The translations under genes were made by a program, and so were the position numbers. A stretch of 64,000 bases of DNA. It comes from Anolis carolinensis. Taxonomy: Eukaryota. Under the pieces are notes generated by a model. That model was not told where the DNA came from. It was given only the letters and a program-made list of their open reading frames with translations, and did no database searches. Position 1 is the stretch's first letter, and every line of letters starts with the position of its first letter. The stretch covers positions 235,368,107 to 235,432,106 of the forward strand of contig NC_085844.1 in NCBI RefSeq assembly GCF_035594765.1, in the 5' to 3' direction. This document shows positions 12,581 through 25,120 of this stretch, in pieces.

Positions 12581-14462
12581 CTAGGGGAACTGAACCTGGT
12601 CTAGTGGAACAGAACCCCTGTGAAAATGAAAAGCGCACACACACATATATAGAAAGATAATATCTCTCTAGGAATTTCTCAGTCTTTCAGCATGGCACTA
12701 GGACTAACGTTTACTTGAAACTGAACACAGAATTGCACTGAAGGACCTAGAAAGTCCTAGTGAGGCATTCTTTCTATAAGTCTCTAGTCCTGCAGCATTT
12801 GAGGGTTGACCATAGAGCCTCTAGGAACCTAGAGATTTTCAGAGAGAACATTTTAATAAAATATATACATAACCAAATCTTCAGAAAACAAAAACACAAG
12901 TGCGCAGAGACAATTGTACTTTGGAAGATGGGAACAGGATCCTTATATTGCTCAGACCCCAACAGTCCCCTGAAATCAGATACTACATTTAAACATAATT
13001 AATCTTGGAACAGACATTTTGAGCCTAACTAAACATTTATTTACCGGCTTGATAGGTAAGATGTACGTTCTATGTATTTTGGTGTGACGTACTTCCTAGC
13101 CAGCACGCTTAGCCTTGCAATCTTATTCTCTTGACAGCCCGCTTGATCAAGCAATGGAGTCAATGTGGATTTCAACAAGCAGAACAGATGGTTCCATCAC
13201 AACAATTGCAAAGTTGAAGGGAAGAGGGTTGTTTGAATAAACAGAACACTGTTTGAAAAAAGGGGGATAAAACTTTTAATAATAAAGTAAATGCCTTACC
13301 ATTTTTTAAAAAAAGAGTAAAGGAGAAAGCCTACACAAGCCAATGCATTGACTGTGCTTTGTTGCTATGGGACTGACTCTAACAAAGATATTTAAAATTC
13401 TGCTAATGTGTTTCAACAACACCCCCTTCCCAAAAGACTGAACATCTTGTGTGTGGAACGCAGTAGACAGAAGAACATCAGTTGTACCCTTTTCTATGAG
13501 GCATGCCTTGCTTAGATTTGACTCCCATGTTTCAAGGGTGGAGATTTTTTAGAAATTATTTCTCAGTATCTTGGTCCTGGTTCCTATTTGGCAGCTTGCT
13601 TGAGACTTATTGGCATAGGCTAAAAGGTTTTTATTTAGACGGTGTCAGCTGAGAATCTGTGCATGTAAGAACTGGAGTGGGAGTAATTTTGAACGCATTT
13701 CAAAAGCACGTTTCTCTTTGGGAGCTGCCTTGGTAATTATAAAAATTGAGCACGCTTAAAAAGCGGGGTTTGCTCTCCGCGGACAAGTCCTGGTTTTATT
13801 TCCCAAGCCTAACCCCCTCTTATGGGAACGCATCCAGGGCTCGGGAGAGAGAGAAATGGCTGGGAACACTACACTAACCCCATGACCCCTGCGAACAAAA
13901 GGTAGAGAAAGCGTCTAGACCTTCAGTCTGAATGCAAGAGAAGGCAAGTATTGTATTATTGAGATACATGCTTTGCTCCAGAGAACAGAGGCTGGAATAT
14001 ACTGCGGGGAGGGGAGAGGAGAGGGAGGAAGCAGAAAACAACTTGGAAAGAAGCCTTGGAGTGGGGTGCAGGGAGGAAGACCAGGACAAGGTAAAGAATG
14101 TCCAATTGTAATATATTTGGGGGATTTTGCTGCACATATCATTTCAAGGAAACCATATGACGGGTTAACATTTGCGCTTAAACCATGCTGAGATCCTGGA
14201 GCACACAGAAACAAAGCCAGACTTTCCTCTGGAGACTGCAACATGCTAGACCTAACACCTTTAGTAACCGTTTCTTTCCTATTTATTTATTGCTTGTTTC
14301 TTCCCTGAAGAGTGGTGTGACATTGAAAATTGGAAACTACTCCTATGACAAAGGAGGGCAGAGATGTCCCCCATCTCCCTCGGGCTAGAATGTCTCAAAA
14401 CTCCTTTTTTGTAGTCAAACATCTTAAAATAGAACATTGCCTTCCCAAGAAACCCTCTATAC

Positions 14463-14596
14463 CAGGCATGGACAAACCTCGGCCCTCAAGGTGTTTTGGA
14501 CTTTAACTCCCATAATTCCTAATAGCCTACCAACTGTTAGGAATTGTTTGAGTTGAAGCCCAAAACACCTGGAGGGACAAAGTTTGCCCGTGCCTG
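14463..14596. mobile_element. Palindromic hAT MITE
   Basis: CAGGCATGG...CCCGTGCCTG ends, 8-bp TSD CTCTATAC/CTCTATAG. Confidence 0.9.
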
Positions 14597-14648
14597 CTCT
14601 ATAGGCTGCAAGGGCTTATGTACACATTGACATTATAAACAAGCTGTC

Positions 14649-14950
14649 TTTTTTTTTTTAAAATAAATTTTTATTCAGATTTTCTTACACATACATACAG
14701 TACAGTAAAAAATAAAAATGGAGATGGTTCACAGGGGTTGGTGAAAAGGGGAGAAGAGGTAAAGAAGAAAAAAAGGGAAGGAAGAGGGAAGGGGGGGAAG
14801 GGAGGGAGGGGATACAGAAGTCCTTCCGCTTTCTATTCTTTGTGGGCTAGGTTCTGTTCCATTTCTTTCTTTTTTACATTTATTGGACTAGTTTTGGTCA
14901 TTGTGAGTGTCCTCGGATTCTTCTTTGCTTATTTCTCCTTTGCCTTTTCC
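14649..14950 (-). mobile_element. Poly(A) retroposon 3' end (L1-like 3'UTR)
   Basis: Minus strand ends AATAAAAATTTATTTT followed by poly(A), preceded by a pyrimidine-rich tract. Confidence 0.5.
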
Positions 14951-14986
14951 TTGTATTCTACAGAGCATTAAATGAATTGAATAGAC

Positions 14987-15040
<54 letters not shown>
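14987..15040. repeat. (AAT)n microsatellite
   Basis: About 17-18 AAT units. Confidence 0.98.
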
Positions 15041-18000
15041 GCCCATGCCTTCCAATGTATTCACTGGTGAAAACCACAATGTGTGTGGCCAAGCAACATC
15101 CGTGTTCCCTCTCACTCCATCCCACGTCTGTCGTCTGGCTTCCTCCCATTGTTGCCTATGCCACAGCAGTGGCTTATGACACTCCCTCTTCACTTGCACC
15201 ACAGAGCCCCACTGGAAGTCGATCTATGTTGAGGGATGGGAGCTAGTGGATTCTGTGCTGCAAGTGAAGAGGGAACTCTGATGAGGTAGTAAGTAAACAT
15301 GAGTTGATGCACAGGTTGGATTGGATGGCCCATGGGGTCTCTTCCAACTTTATAATTCTAGGTATCATTTCTCTGCCTGACTTTAGCAAATTGAAGTAAC
15401 TATTAACCTGACTCCTTCCCTTCTGCACTCTGGTCATTAAATTGTAATATCTCTAAGAACTCTCCTAATGAGTGACTTGGGTTTCTTTCTGAGCAGACTT
15501 TTGCAGGGCACAATGAAGATTTTTATCTCTTCCTCCTCCCAAATAAAAAAGGTTGTAAACCTTATTAAGATCAATGGCATTTATTTTGATTTTAATAAAC
15601 AAGCAAAACAAGCAAAGAATCTCTGAAAATATAAATCGCACTGCAGCAAAAGGTTACTCATCCACTTATTCAACTCATGTTTCTTATTCACCAACTCCTA
15701 TGTGAAAAATATCAAATCATAACTGGCAATTTCAAGTAAGATTCTAACCATGCACTGCCAAATGGCTAGACACAATGGAAACTACACTCAGGCTACGCAC
15801 ATTTGTCAGAACACACAACCTTCTTGGGCCATTTGGGGGATGAAATTTCTCTCGATCTTGAAAGCTAGAAGCCTGTGAATTAGGGATGGGAGAGGAGTTG
15901 TCCAATTGCAACTCTGTAAGTTCCAGCCAGCAAGGTTGATGACAAAGTTTGGAAATTTTCTTTTTTTTTTTTTTTTTTTTGGTCTGTAACTCCCATAGTT
16001 CTAGGATCAGCATGGCCACCAATTCAGAAATAACTTATCCACTCTGTTCAATGTTTAAGAATGATGGGATTTGCAGCTGAAGCACGGTGAGATGTCTGCA
16101 AACTTTCCCCAAATCTGGTCCAGTTGAAATCTTACCATTTGCAGCTGAAAACCACAGTCTGGTATCTCCTACTTCTGCTATCTCCTCCAGTAACATCTAA
16201 TGGTGCAGTGTGCAACCAAACACCCTCCTGTTTTATACTGAACATCCAATTGGTACTGATCAAATATAACCAGTGAAGGTTGTAGTTCAGCATGTCTTAG
16301 AGCATCACCAGGCTATGAACTTCTCACCTTGAAATTCTAGACCACCAGTGTGCAAAATGCTATCACTCCAAACTGTTGAAAAAATATTTAGCCCCCAAAT
16401 CCTCAAGTGGGTCAAGCCTATTGCAAAAAGCCATAGGTTAGCACAGCCCCCATCCTAACCCCTGTAATTAAACCCTCCCAAAGGGGGGTGGGGACAAAGA
16501 TTGGTCAAAATAAAAATGGGAAGTGACACTATTTTGGGGAATTAAAAGATATGGGGAGGTTGAGGATTAGGGCGCAACACACTCACAATCTGTAGGAATG
16601 CTGACCCTCTTTGAGGGAGTTGGGATTCCCAAAGATATTTTTTAATGGGTGTAGGTACTTTGGCATGCCAGTATAATAAAACTGGGGAGAATTGATGGTT
16701 ACTGTGACCCTTACCTTTCCACAGTGCCCCAACCCTGGGTCAGGCAAACCTGTTAACACCACTGTTACAGACTTTGTATTAAGTGGATGATAAAGAGGAT
16801 CAGGGGAGGCCTTGCTATCATCTTCTGCAATACATGATCTGCAAAGTTTAGCTCCCAGTCCCAAAAAGGAGTCAAAATGTTTTTAAAGATTTAATTTTCA
16901 TTCCAAATAAGGTTTTCTACACACACAAAATAGAATATATACCCTCACCTTTCTTGTGCTTATTCACCACTTCTGAAAATGGGCTTCACCTTTCATGATT
17001 GAGAGAAGACATGTTTTCTCCCCAGAGACACTTTTCCCCTCCCACCCTCCTTTTGTATGAGTGAGCAAGAGAGAGCAGGGGTGGAGATTTTGCCATAATA
17101 TTTATACTTCCAGAATTCTCTTGAGAGGAAGAATGGAGGATGCATTAAACACAGGAGGTGCCTTGGAAGCAACTACCAAACATATCTCCTGCCTATACAA
17201 ATGGTGTGTGAGTGAGAAAGATTTGGTATTGGCCAAATGACTCCTTTTTTCTTGTAGCCTATATTCTATATACCCAAATATGATGAAGAGGACACCAAGT
17301 TACAAATCAGTCTTATGAGTATGTATGTCTTTACAAGGCAACCCATAAAAATTAAAGAGAAAATCCTCTCATTCTAACATTTTGCTTTCTACAGTATCTT
17401 GAAAGGGTGAAGACATTAATGAGGAAAAACAGACAAATTAGAAGAAAGTGCTGCAGTTTGCTTTTGCCTGAGCCTACTGGACAAAATTCTTCCCCCTTCT
17501 GCAGAGTTAGTTGGATGCAAACTGTTTTTGCACTGGAAGTAAACTGAGTACAAAGGAGGGAAGTGGGGAAGATAAACTGGGGGCATTTTAAGGCAGTTGA
17601 AATTATGGAGCAAAAGAGAATTAACTGGGGCTATTGCTGCATAAGTGGAGGGTATGTGGCTTCAGGCCTACACCTTTACCATCATCTATTCCCTGGTTTC
17701 TTTTCTCAACTAGAAAGATTGAACCCAGGACCTTCAGGATGCAAAACATGTGCCCTCTACCAGCTCTCTTCTTCGTGAATCTTTGATGAAGTCCACGTGT
17801 TTCTGTGCCATAAAACCAATATTAGCATTCACACAGAAAGTAAAAAGTGCCCACAATGTAGAATTTGATATGGATTTAAGGGTCAAGACCTGTGATGAGG
17901 GCTGTTTCAGATGTTCAGATGCTTCCCGCACATGGAGCAGTATAAGCACTCCTGGGGATCATGTAGCCACATGGAGAAAGCAATACTTGACCCAGCATAA

Positions 18001-19779
18001 ATCTAACTACAGTTGCTATTTTCCAGTGGCAGTTTGCGTGAGTAAAGTGATATATTTTTTAGCTATCACACCAAGACAGAACCACCACAATGAGAAGCAG
18101 CAACTGGAAGCAGGGATGTGCTGGCTCAATTATTACTTCCTCAGCACAGATGTTTCCTGGGAATATACTTGTGCAGCAAGAGACTGAACTAGAGCTGTGG
18201 TCTGTGGTCAAAACCCACCATGGATGAAAAAGAGAACAGCTTAAATACTGTACCATCTCCTGTGGGTCAGGCTTTCTAATGAGACAAAGACCTTTTTATT
18301 CAAATAGACTTTCACCAACCAAGTGGCTGGTGAGAAAGAGCGTTTTTTTTACAAAGCAAACAGAGTGATATTTTTTGAAAAACTGATATGCATGAAGCTA
18401 GTAAGGGGTGGTGATTGAACCAGAATAGTGCAGCCATTGGACTAAGAATCTAGGAATCTGATCAATAATGGAAACCCACTGGGTAACTTTAGGACAGTTA
18501 TACTTCAAACTTCCTCTGAATAAACCTTGGCAAGAAATCTCTAGAATAGATTCACCAAAACTTGAAGACTACTCATGATAAATGGTTTGGCGTGCTACAT
18601 TTAAACAAAAAATTACCAAATGCACACAGTCTAATATTCACATGCTTCCTAGTGGAGGTTTAGTACTTTGCTTTCTCTATCTTAGCATATAGCGTTCTGA
18701 TGGATTCTGGACATAGAAAGCTTATTTGCAATTTGCCTGGTGAGTGAACGTATTATTGGGTAAGTTAGTACATGTGTTCTAGTAAAGATACAGGCAGTCA
18801 TTAATTTATCTTATAGCTAACCAGATCACTAATCAGTTCAGTTCAGGGTTGTTTGCACTGATTAGATTGGCCAAGAGTCAAACACTGCAATACCCTGCTA
18901 GTGGACAACCTTTAACTCAGGAGTGGATAAATTGTAACCCTTTAGTTATTGTTAGACAATAAATGTCATGAGCCCCAACCAGCATAGCCAATACCAACTT
19001 ATTAAGCAATAACTTTTGCAATGATCACAAGGATGTTAACTGCACAAGTTCAGCTTGAATTGTGGAAAGTCTTTAGGTAAGCCACCCTACGTGGGATCAC
19101 CTTCTCATCACTGTCATTTCTCATGCTCAGCCACTAGGCTCAATGGGTAACATATCCCAGAAGCCAAATGCAGGCTTGCTACTTCCTCTCCTTGTTCTTG
19201 CTATGGCTCAAAATTATATGAAGAGTAGAAACAAGAAAGAGGAGGAGGAAAACCAATGGCTTTAGGGTTCAATGCAAAGTCCTCTACTAGGGCATAAGCT
19301 TCAATGAGTGCCTAAAAATGTCAGCCTCATCACTACTACATCATGGCAGTTGTTACACCTGCAAGGAATACATAATGCCACAAAATGCAGCAAAGGTATC
19401 CGGTTGTATTTTGGAAACAGGTAGCAATGTTTTAGGGGAGGAAGCTTGAAACCATATGGCAACACTGACAAAAGCTTGTGACTAGAGAGGCACTTTTGGA
19501 TTTGAGGGTAGCTTTTCCTTTCTTCTGGCTGCAGCGAACAGACAGACTGTAGCTACAGACCAGACGCAGACAACAAAGGCTCAGGGAATAACTATCTGAT
19601 ATGGGGAGGTCTGCCTTTTATTGAAATGCTCAGAGCTCTCTTCTTGTTTTGCTGTGCTGCACACACCTTCTTCCCCTTTTTCTTCTAACATTTCACAAAG
19701 CAATCTTTGTTAGAGGTTTTATTGTAAACTACTCCTTGGATCACACATTTTGTTACCAATATATACCACATATATCACA

Positions 19780-19895
19780 TGTGTGTGTGTGCATTCAAGT
19801 TGCCTGCTAACTTAAAGAAACCCCACAAATTTCATAGGACTTTCTTAAGCAAGGAATGCTCAGAGGTGGCTTTGCAAGATCCTTCCTCTGAAATT
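19780..19895 (-). mobile_element. 5S-derived SINE 3' part
   Basis: Same tail as the copies at 36-215 and 36829-36990. Confidence 0.55.
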
Positions 19896-21592
19896 GCACC
19901 TCGTAACATTGAAAACCACAATGCCCAGGGCTGTGTGTATTCAAAAACTCCCCATGAGCACTGAAGGAAATATGCAACACTAGTCAAGAACCCAGCACCC
20001 TGACTTCTTAGATGTTATTTAAGGAAAACCTCAGCTTCTAGTGTGTAGGCAATGCCTAGTGAAAATCGCCGAACACTTCAAACAAGCGAAAGAAATCTTA
20101 AGTGTACTTATTGCTTGTGATATGTCTCAAGCACCTAGCAGTCCTCCCAGACAGCGGCAGAGATACCATGGCATGAATGGCACAAAAAGGAACTCTCATA
20201 CCATTTTAGGGGGTTCACAATGGCAGCTCTTAGCAACATAGCAAGAAGCGTAACTAAGGTAGATCCTGGCAGCTTTGGCAATAGTGAGCGGAACCAGTTT
20301 ACCTGGGAAATCGTGGCCAGACATTCAGTGCCTGGAGACATTGGAATGAAAAGCAATTCACCTCCGAACAAGCTTGTCTGTCAGCACACCTATCATTTCT
20401 GTCTCAGCAACCGCACATGGAGCAACTCTTACACATGACTGCCAGATACCTCCCGTGCCATAGGACATCTTGTTCTGGATTCTGAAACATGTGGGTGGAA
20501 GGAGGAAGGCAGGTGGAGAGAGTAAATATCCAATTTGCTAACACAAGGGAAAGGTGGCATATCCTTTTGTTGGATGCAGCATATTGTATTATTTGTCTAG
20601 CTTCCAAGCAAAAAAGCTCACATTTGTTATTCAGGGCAGTAGTGAATGGAGTCCACCAAGCAATAATTGTTCTTCCTCCCAATAATACTTGAAATGCATT
20701 CATGAATGAAAATGCCAAGTGCAGTGCAGCCAGCTTCCTCCTCAGCCATCACAGCTTATTTGATTTGATTTTTAAGTCATAAAATCAAAAATTGAAAATT
20801 GTATCATCTGGCAATATTCAGAGCTGTAAATATTAGGTTACTCATAAGCTTCTGCATTTGCCTGTAAACATTAGCAATACTTTACCTGAGAAAAGTCGTC
20901 TCTATATAATGGCATAGAGAGCTCACTCATGCCCCATCAGGATAATATCTATCAATGACTGTTAGCTTTTAATACCCACATTTCTCTTTCTACCCTGTAG
21001 GTTAACTCTGTTTTCTGCCAGACATAAGCAGGCATCAGTAGATTTGGGCCAGACTGAATTCCTTCCCTCAAAATAAGAGGTCACAATATTAACATAGGTT
21101 TGAAAGAATTAAAGCATGGATTGAAAACATATGGCTCTCCAGAGATTGTTTGACTGCAAGTTCCATCATTTCTTACCATCGGCTATTCTTGTACAATGAA
21201 ATACAGTAGATGTCAGTGTAGATGTTATCACTAAAACTACTGAGTGATCATAAAAGCAGTAATGTGTTACCAGTCAATGTTATCTGCACATAAACAGTAA
21301 CTGCTTTACAAATATGTGCACAAATATTACTAGTCCACAGTACATTTGCTAAATCATCTATTCATAATTATAAAAATAATTTATAGTAAAAGAAACACTG
21401 TGTTCTACCATATAAAAATGTTCCATAGCATCTCATGGAACAGATTCATATCATACCTCTCACAAAGGAATGTATGAAAAGGTACTATAATTCAGAATAG
21501 ATGTATTATTTTAATTTTTATGGCTTTTAGCAGTACTGTATATTTTGTTTTATGTCTATCTTGTTGTATGGTTCTATTGGCAATTAAATTAT

Positions 21593-21859
21593 GCCCCCGA
21601 TGACGTGGTGAATTAAAGCCTTGTGACTTGAAGGTTGAGTTGCTGACCTGAAGGCTGCCAGGTTCAAATCCCACCCGGGGAGAGTGCGGATGAGCTCCCT
21701 CTATCAGCTCCAGCTCCATGCGGGGACATGGGAGAAGCCTCCCACAAGGATGGTAAAAACATCAAAAACACCCGGGCGTCCTCTGGGCAACATCCTTGCA
21801 GATGGCCAATTCTCTCACACCAGAAGCGACTCAGGTTGCTACTGACACGGAAAAAAAAA
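21593..21859 (+). mobile_element. Anolis SINE2-type tRNA SINE
   Basis: B box GGTTCAAATCC, body CATGCGGGGACATG..GGCCAATTCTCTCACACCAGAAGCGACT, A tail. Confidence 0.88.
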
Positions 21860-21868
21860 TACTTTGCA

Positions 21869-21945
21869 TAAGTTGGAAACTGCCCTGAGTCCTCTTGGGG
21901 AAATAGGGCGGTATATAAATAAATAAATAACAAATAACAATAATA
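21869..21945 (+). mobile_element. L2-type 3' tail
   Basis: GCCCTGAGTCC...AGGGCGGTATATAAAT(AAAT)n. Confidence 0.7.
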
Positions 21946-24623
21946 ATATGTCAATCAATGGGCAGGTAGTAGCCAACTCTTCAAAGTCTACCAACTCCCA
22001 GAAGCTTATAATTACATCTCACTATTTCATAGATTTGTTTAAGTTTAATCCACAACACTTATGGTGATGCTTTTAGGAACCAGGGAGGAAAAGGGTCAAG
22101 TGTGAAATTTCTCCTAAGAAGTTCCATAATGAGAACAGAATAACTTCCAAAACGGTTTTTCACAATCAAAATTGGTCCACATGATTTTGCTTCTCAGAGC
22201 CCTCTCTTGCGGAGCCAAAAGTTCGTTCTTGCCAAAGTCCTCTGCTGTGAAGCATTCAGAGATCCAGTCCATTATGACTGAGCTATTCTGATTTTTTTGT
22301 ACCATAGACACTTAGAGATACTCTCCCAAGCTTTTTGCTTTTATGAATCCTCCAACTTATCAGCCCAATATACAGAACTGTGGAGTTTGGTTTCAAATAA
22401 GTGTACCCATCAGATAAATTACAAATAGGTTTTTCATGTCCAAAATCCATTAGAACGCTATCTGCGAGGGCATACAAAGCAAAGTACTGAACCTCCACTG
22501 GGTAGCATGTTAACATTACTGTGTGCATCCGATAAATCTTTATTTAAATGTGGATCCTCAAACCATTTATCATGAGTAGAGACGGAAGTGAAAAATGCCA
22601 CTAAAATCAATGCCAACAAGTTTATTACCATCCCTTGTCCTTGGTACCCTACTAATCAAAAGGGGAAACAATCCATTTGTTTAAATGTTCTAATGCCAAC
22701 AAAACCAAGAAAAACTGTGCATATACATTCAATTGCAACCTGTGGAGCCTACGTTAGAAATGAAGTGCATGCAAACCATATCTATATTGTACTTCTAATT
22801 TTAGGCAAGGACTATAACAATCTAACACAGGTTTATGGTGTAAGACAGTTGGGTGGAGCACAGACTATTTTAACTAGATAAATGCAGTGAATTTTTAAAT
22901 CGGCAAGGATATTCACAGGAAGAGTACATGAGAAGACTTGGTGGGACTTCCAAGCTGGGGAAATAAAATAGATTTAAGTAAATCAAAGCTTGGAAGTTAA
23001 GTTACAAATAACAAGGTGATTATAATTAATTCCATTTTCCTAACTACATTACAACTATAACTTAAGTGGAGATAGCTTTCTGCTCTTTTGCAAATTAACT
23101 ATGTTTTGTGTTCCTTTCCCCATTACATGGGTGTGAACTCATAATTCACAAAGGGTGGAAGAGGAACACCACATGGTTCAAGCACTGATTCATGCTGTGC
23201 AGCCCTGCTGTGAATGTTGAAGCGATGAGAGGAAGGAGAAGAAGAGTGGAGGAACATCAGTTGAAGTGGGGTGCCCCAGGAGATCTGGAGGTCAATACCT
23301 GGCTTCAGTGGCTGGACCACCCATACTTATAGCCATCAAACTAGTTTAGGGGTGTGCAGATATGTTTTAAAAAGCGAGCCAGATCACTCATTGATTGCAA
23401 GGAACACAGAACACCCACTTCAAGGAGCTTAGAGCCACATGCTATCTTCATAATCACCCTGTGAAGTAAGACAGACTGAGAAAACTGGTTTGCTCAAGGC
23501 TACCCATTCGATTTCATGACCAACTGGAGACTACGTTTGCATTTTCAAGCCCATGGCCAACTAGCCACTGGGTATATATCACATAAGAAATCCATTCCAA
23601 GCTCTGACAGGGAAACAGACCTAGGCCAGTTGATGACTGATATTACTTTAATATAGAGAATCTATTTCCTCCACAGCAATGCATGCTAACTGGATCAGCA
23701 AGAGTTTCACTCTGGCATTGGAGAAATATCCTAGTTTCTAAGCTATAACGAGTCCCGCCCTAACAAAAAGGGGAAAGATTGACATTGTGGCATGGATTTT
23801 AGATTTTCCAGCTGAACTTTTATGGAAAATGACCTTGAATAACCTTGCATAACATTCTACTTTAGCAATGAAACGGCTGAGAATATGATCAAATATGTTC
23901 CCCAGCATCTCAAAGCCATTTTTTCCCTCCTTCTTACATTTGAAGCCACCTCAAACCCAGACTTCCTTCCCAGGAGATAAAAGCAACTTTAAGCATATTC
24001 TGTTAAAGAGGACAACCGAAGAGCAAAAATGTCCCCACATTATTTTTGTAATGTGAAAAATGAAACATCTCTAGCCTTAAAATATTGGAAAAATTCTGAT
24101 CCAAAAGAGTGGCCATTATACCATTAGAGGATAAGGAGAATAAAAAATGTGATTTTAAAACAAAAAAGTGGCAAAGGAGAGGGAGCAGGTGTTATCTTCC
24201 TTAATCTAGTTCACATTGTAATCAACACTATCTTTTCTGATCTAAAAATTTCCATCTAATATTTCCTAAATATATAGCAGTAGAAGCAATTTCTGTCCCG
24301 CCCTTCTCACCCGAGGGGACTCAGGGCAGCTTACAAAAATCGGCAAAATTCAATGCCACACAAAATCAGTAAAAAAACAACCACATATTTAAAACCATTA
24401 ACAATAATCCATAAAATACATTATTCAAGCTTAAAAACATAAAATTAATTACTTCAATTCTTCCAAAAAACAAAACAAAACAAAACCCTATGTAGCCAGA
24501 GTGGCAAAACTCATTGATGATGAAAAACACACAAGCTAGGAAAAGCTGTAACAGTTTGCTTTTGCCTAACCTTACAGAGAAGAGAAAGACTCCATCCTTT
24601 CCTCTCCCTTTCTACTGATGTGC

Positions 24624-25120
24624 TGTATATACTCATGTTTATTTCTAAAAACTTCAGTCAAAAATGTTTATAAACTGGGTTGACTTATCCATGGGTCAAT
24701 TTTAGTACTGTACTTTACCACTTATTAAAAAGGAACCATCCCCTTCTGTGAGAAAAGTGGCAAAAGACAAGAGGATAGTCCATCATGGGAGAACCTCAAA
24801 GAAGCACCACTCTCTCCACCATGGCACCACTTCAGGTCTTTTTGAAAGCCTAGACCAGTGGTTCTGAACCTTTGGACCTCCAGGTGTTTTGGACTTCAAC
24901 TCCCAAAAACCCCAGACAGCTTACTAGCTGTTAGGAACTGTGGGAGCTGAAGTCCAAAACACTTGGAGGCCCAAAGGTTGAGAACCACAGGCCTAGGCGG
25001 AAAAATGGCAGTGGCTGCTCTTCTGAGACGGCATTGATGCTTTCCCCTCTCCTTGACTTATCCATGGGTCATATAAAAATCCATAATTTTGACCTCTAAA
25101 CATACCCTCAATCTATACAT
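24624..25120. mobile_element. TcMar-type MITE with nested palindromic hAT MITE (24856-24990)
   Basis: Internal repeat TTGACTTATCCATGGGTCA present twice. Nested MITE has TSD GCCTAGAC/GCCTAGGC. Confidence 0.7.

Noticed and set aside
14888-15246. Poly-N, poly-Y and poly-L ORFs
   Set aside because: Translations of the (AAT)n microsatellite.
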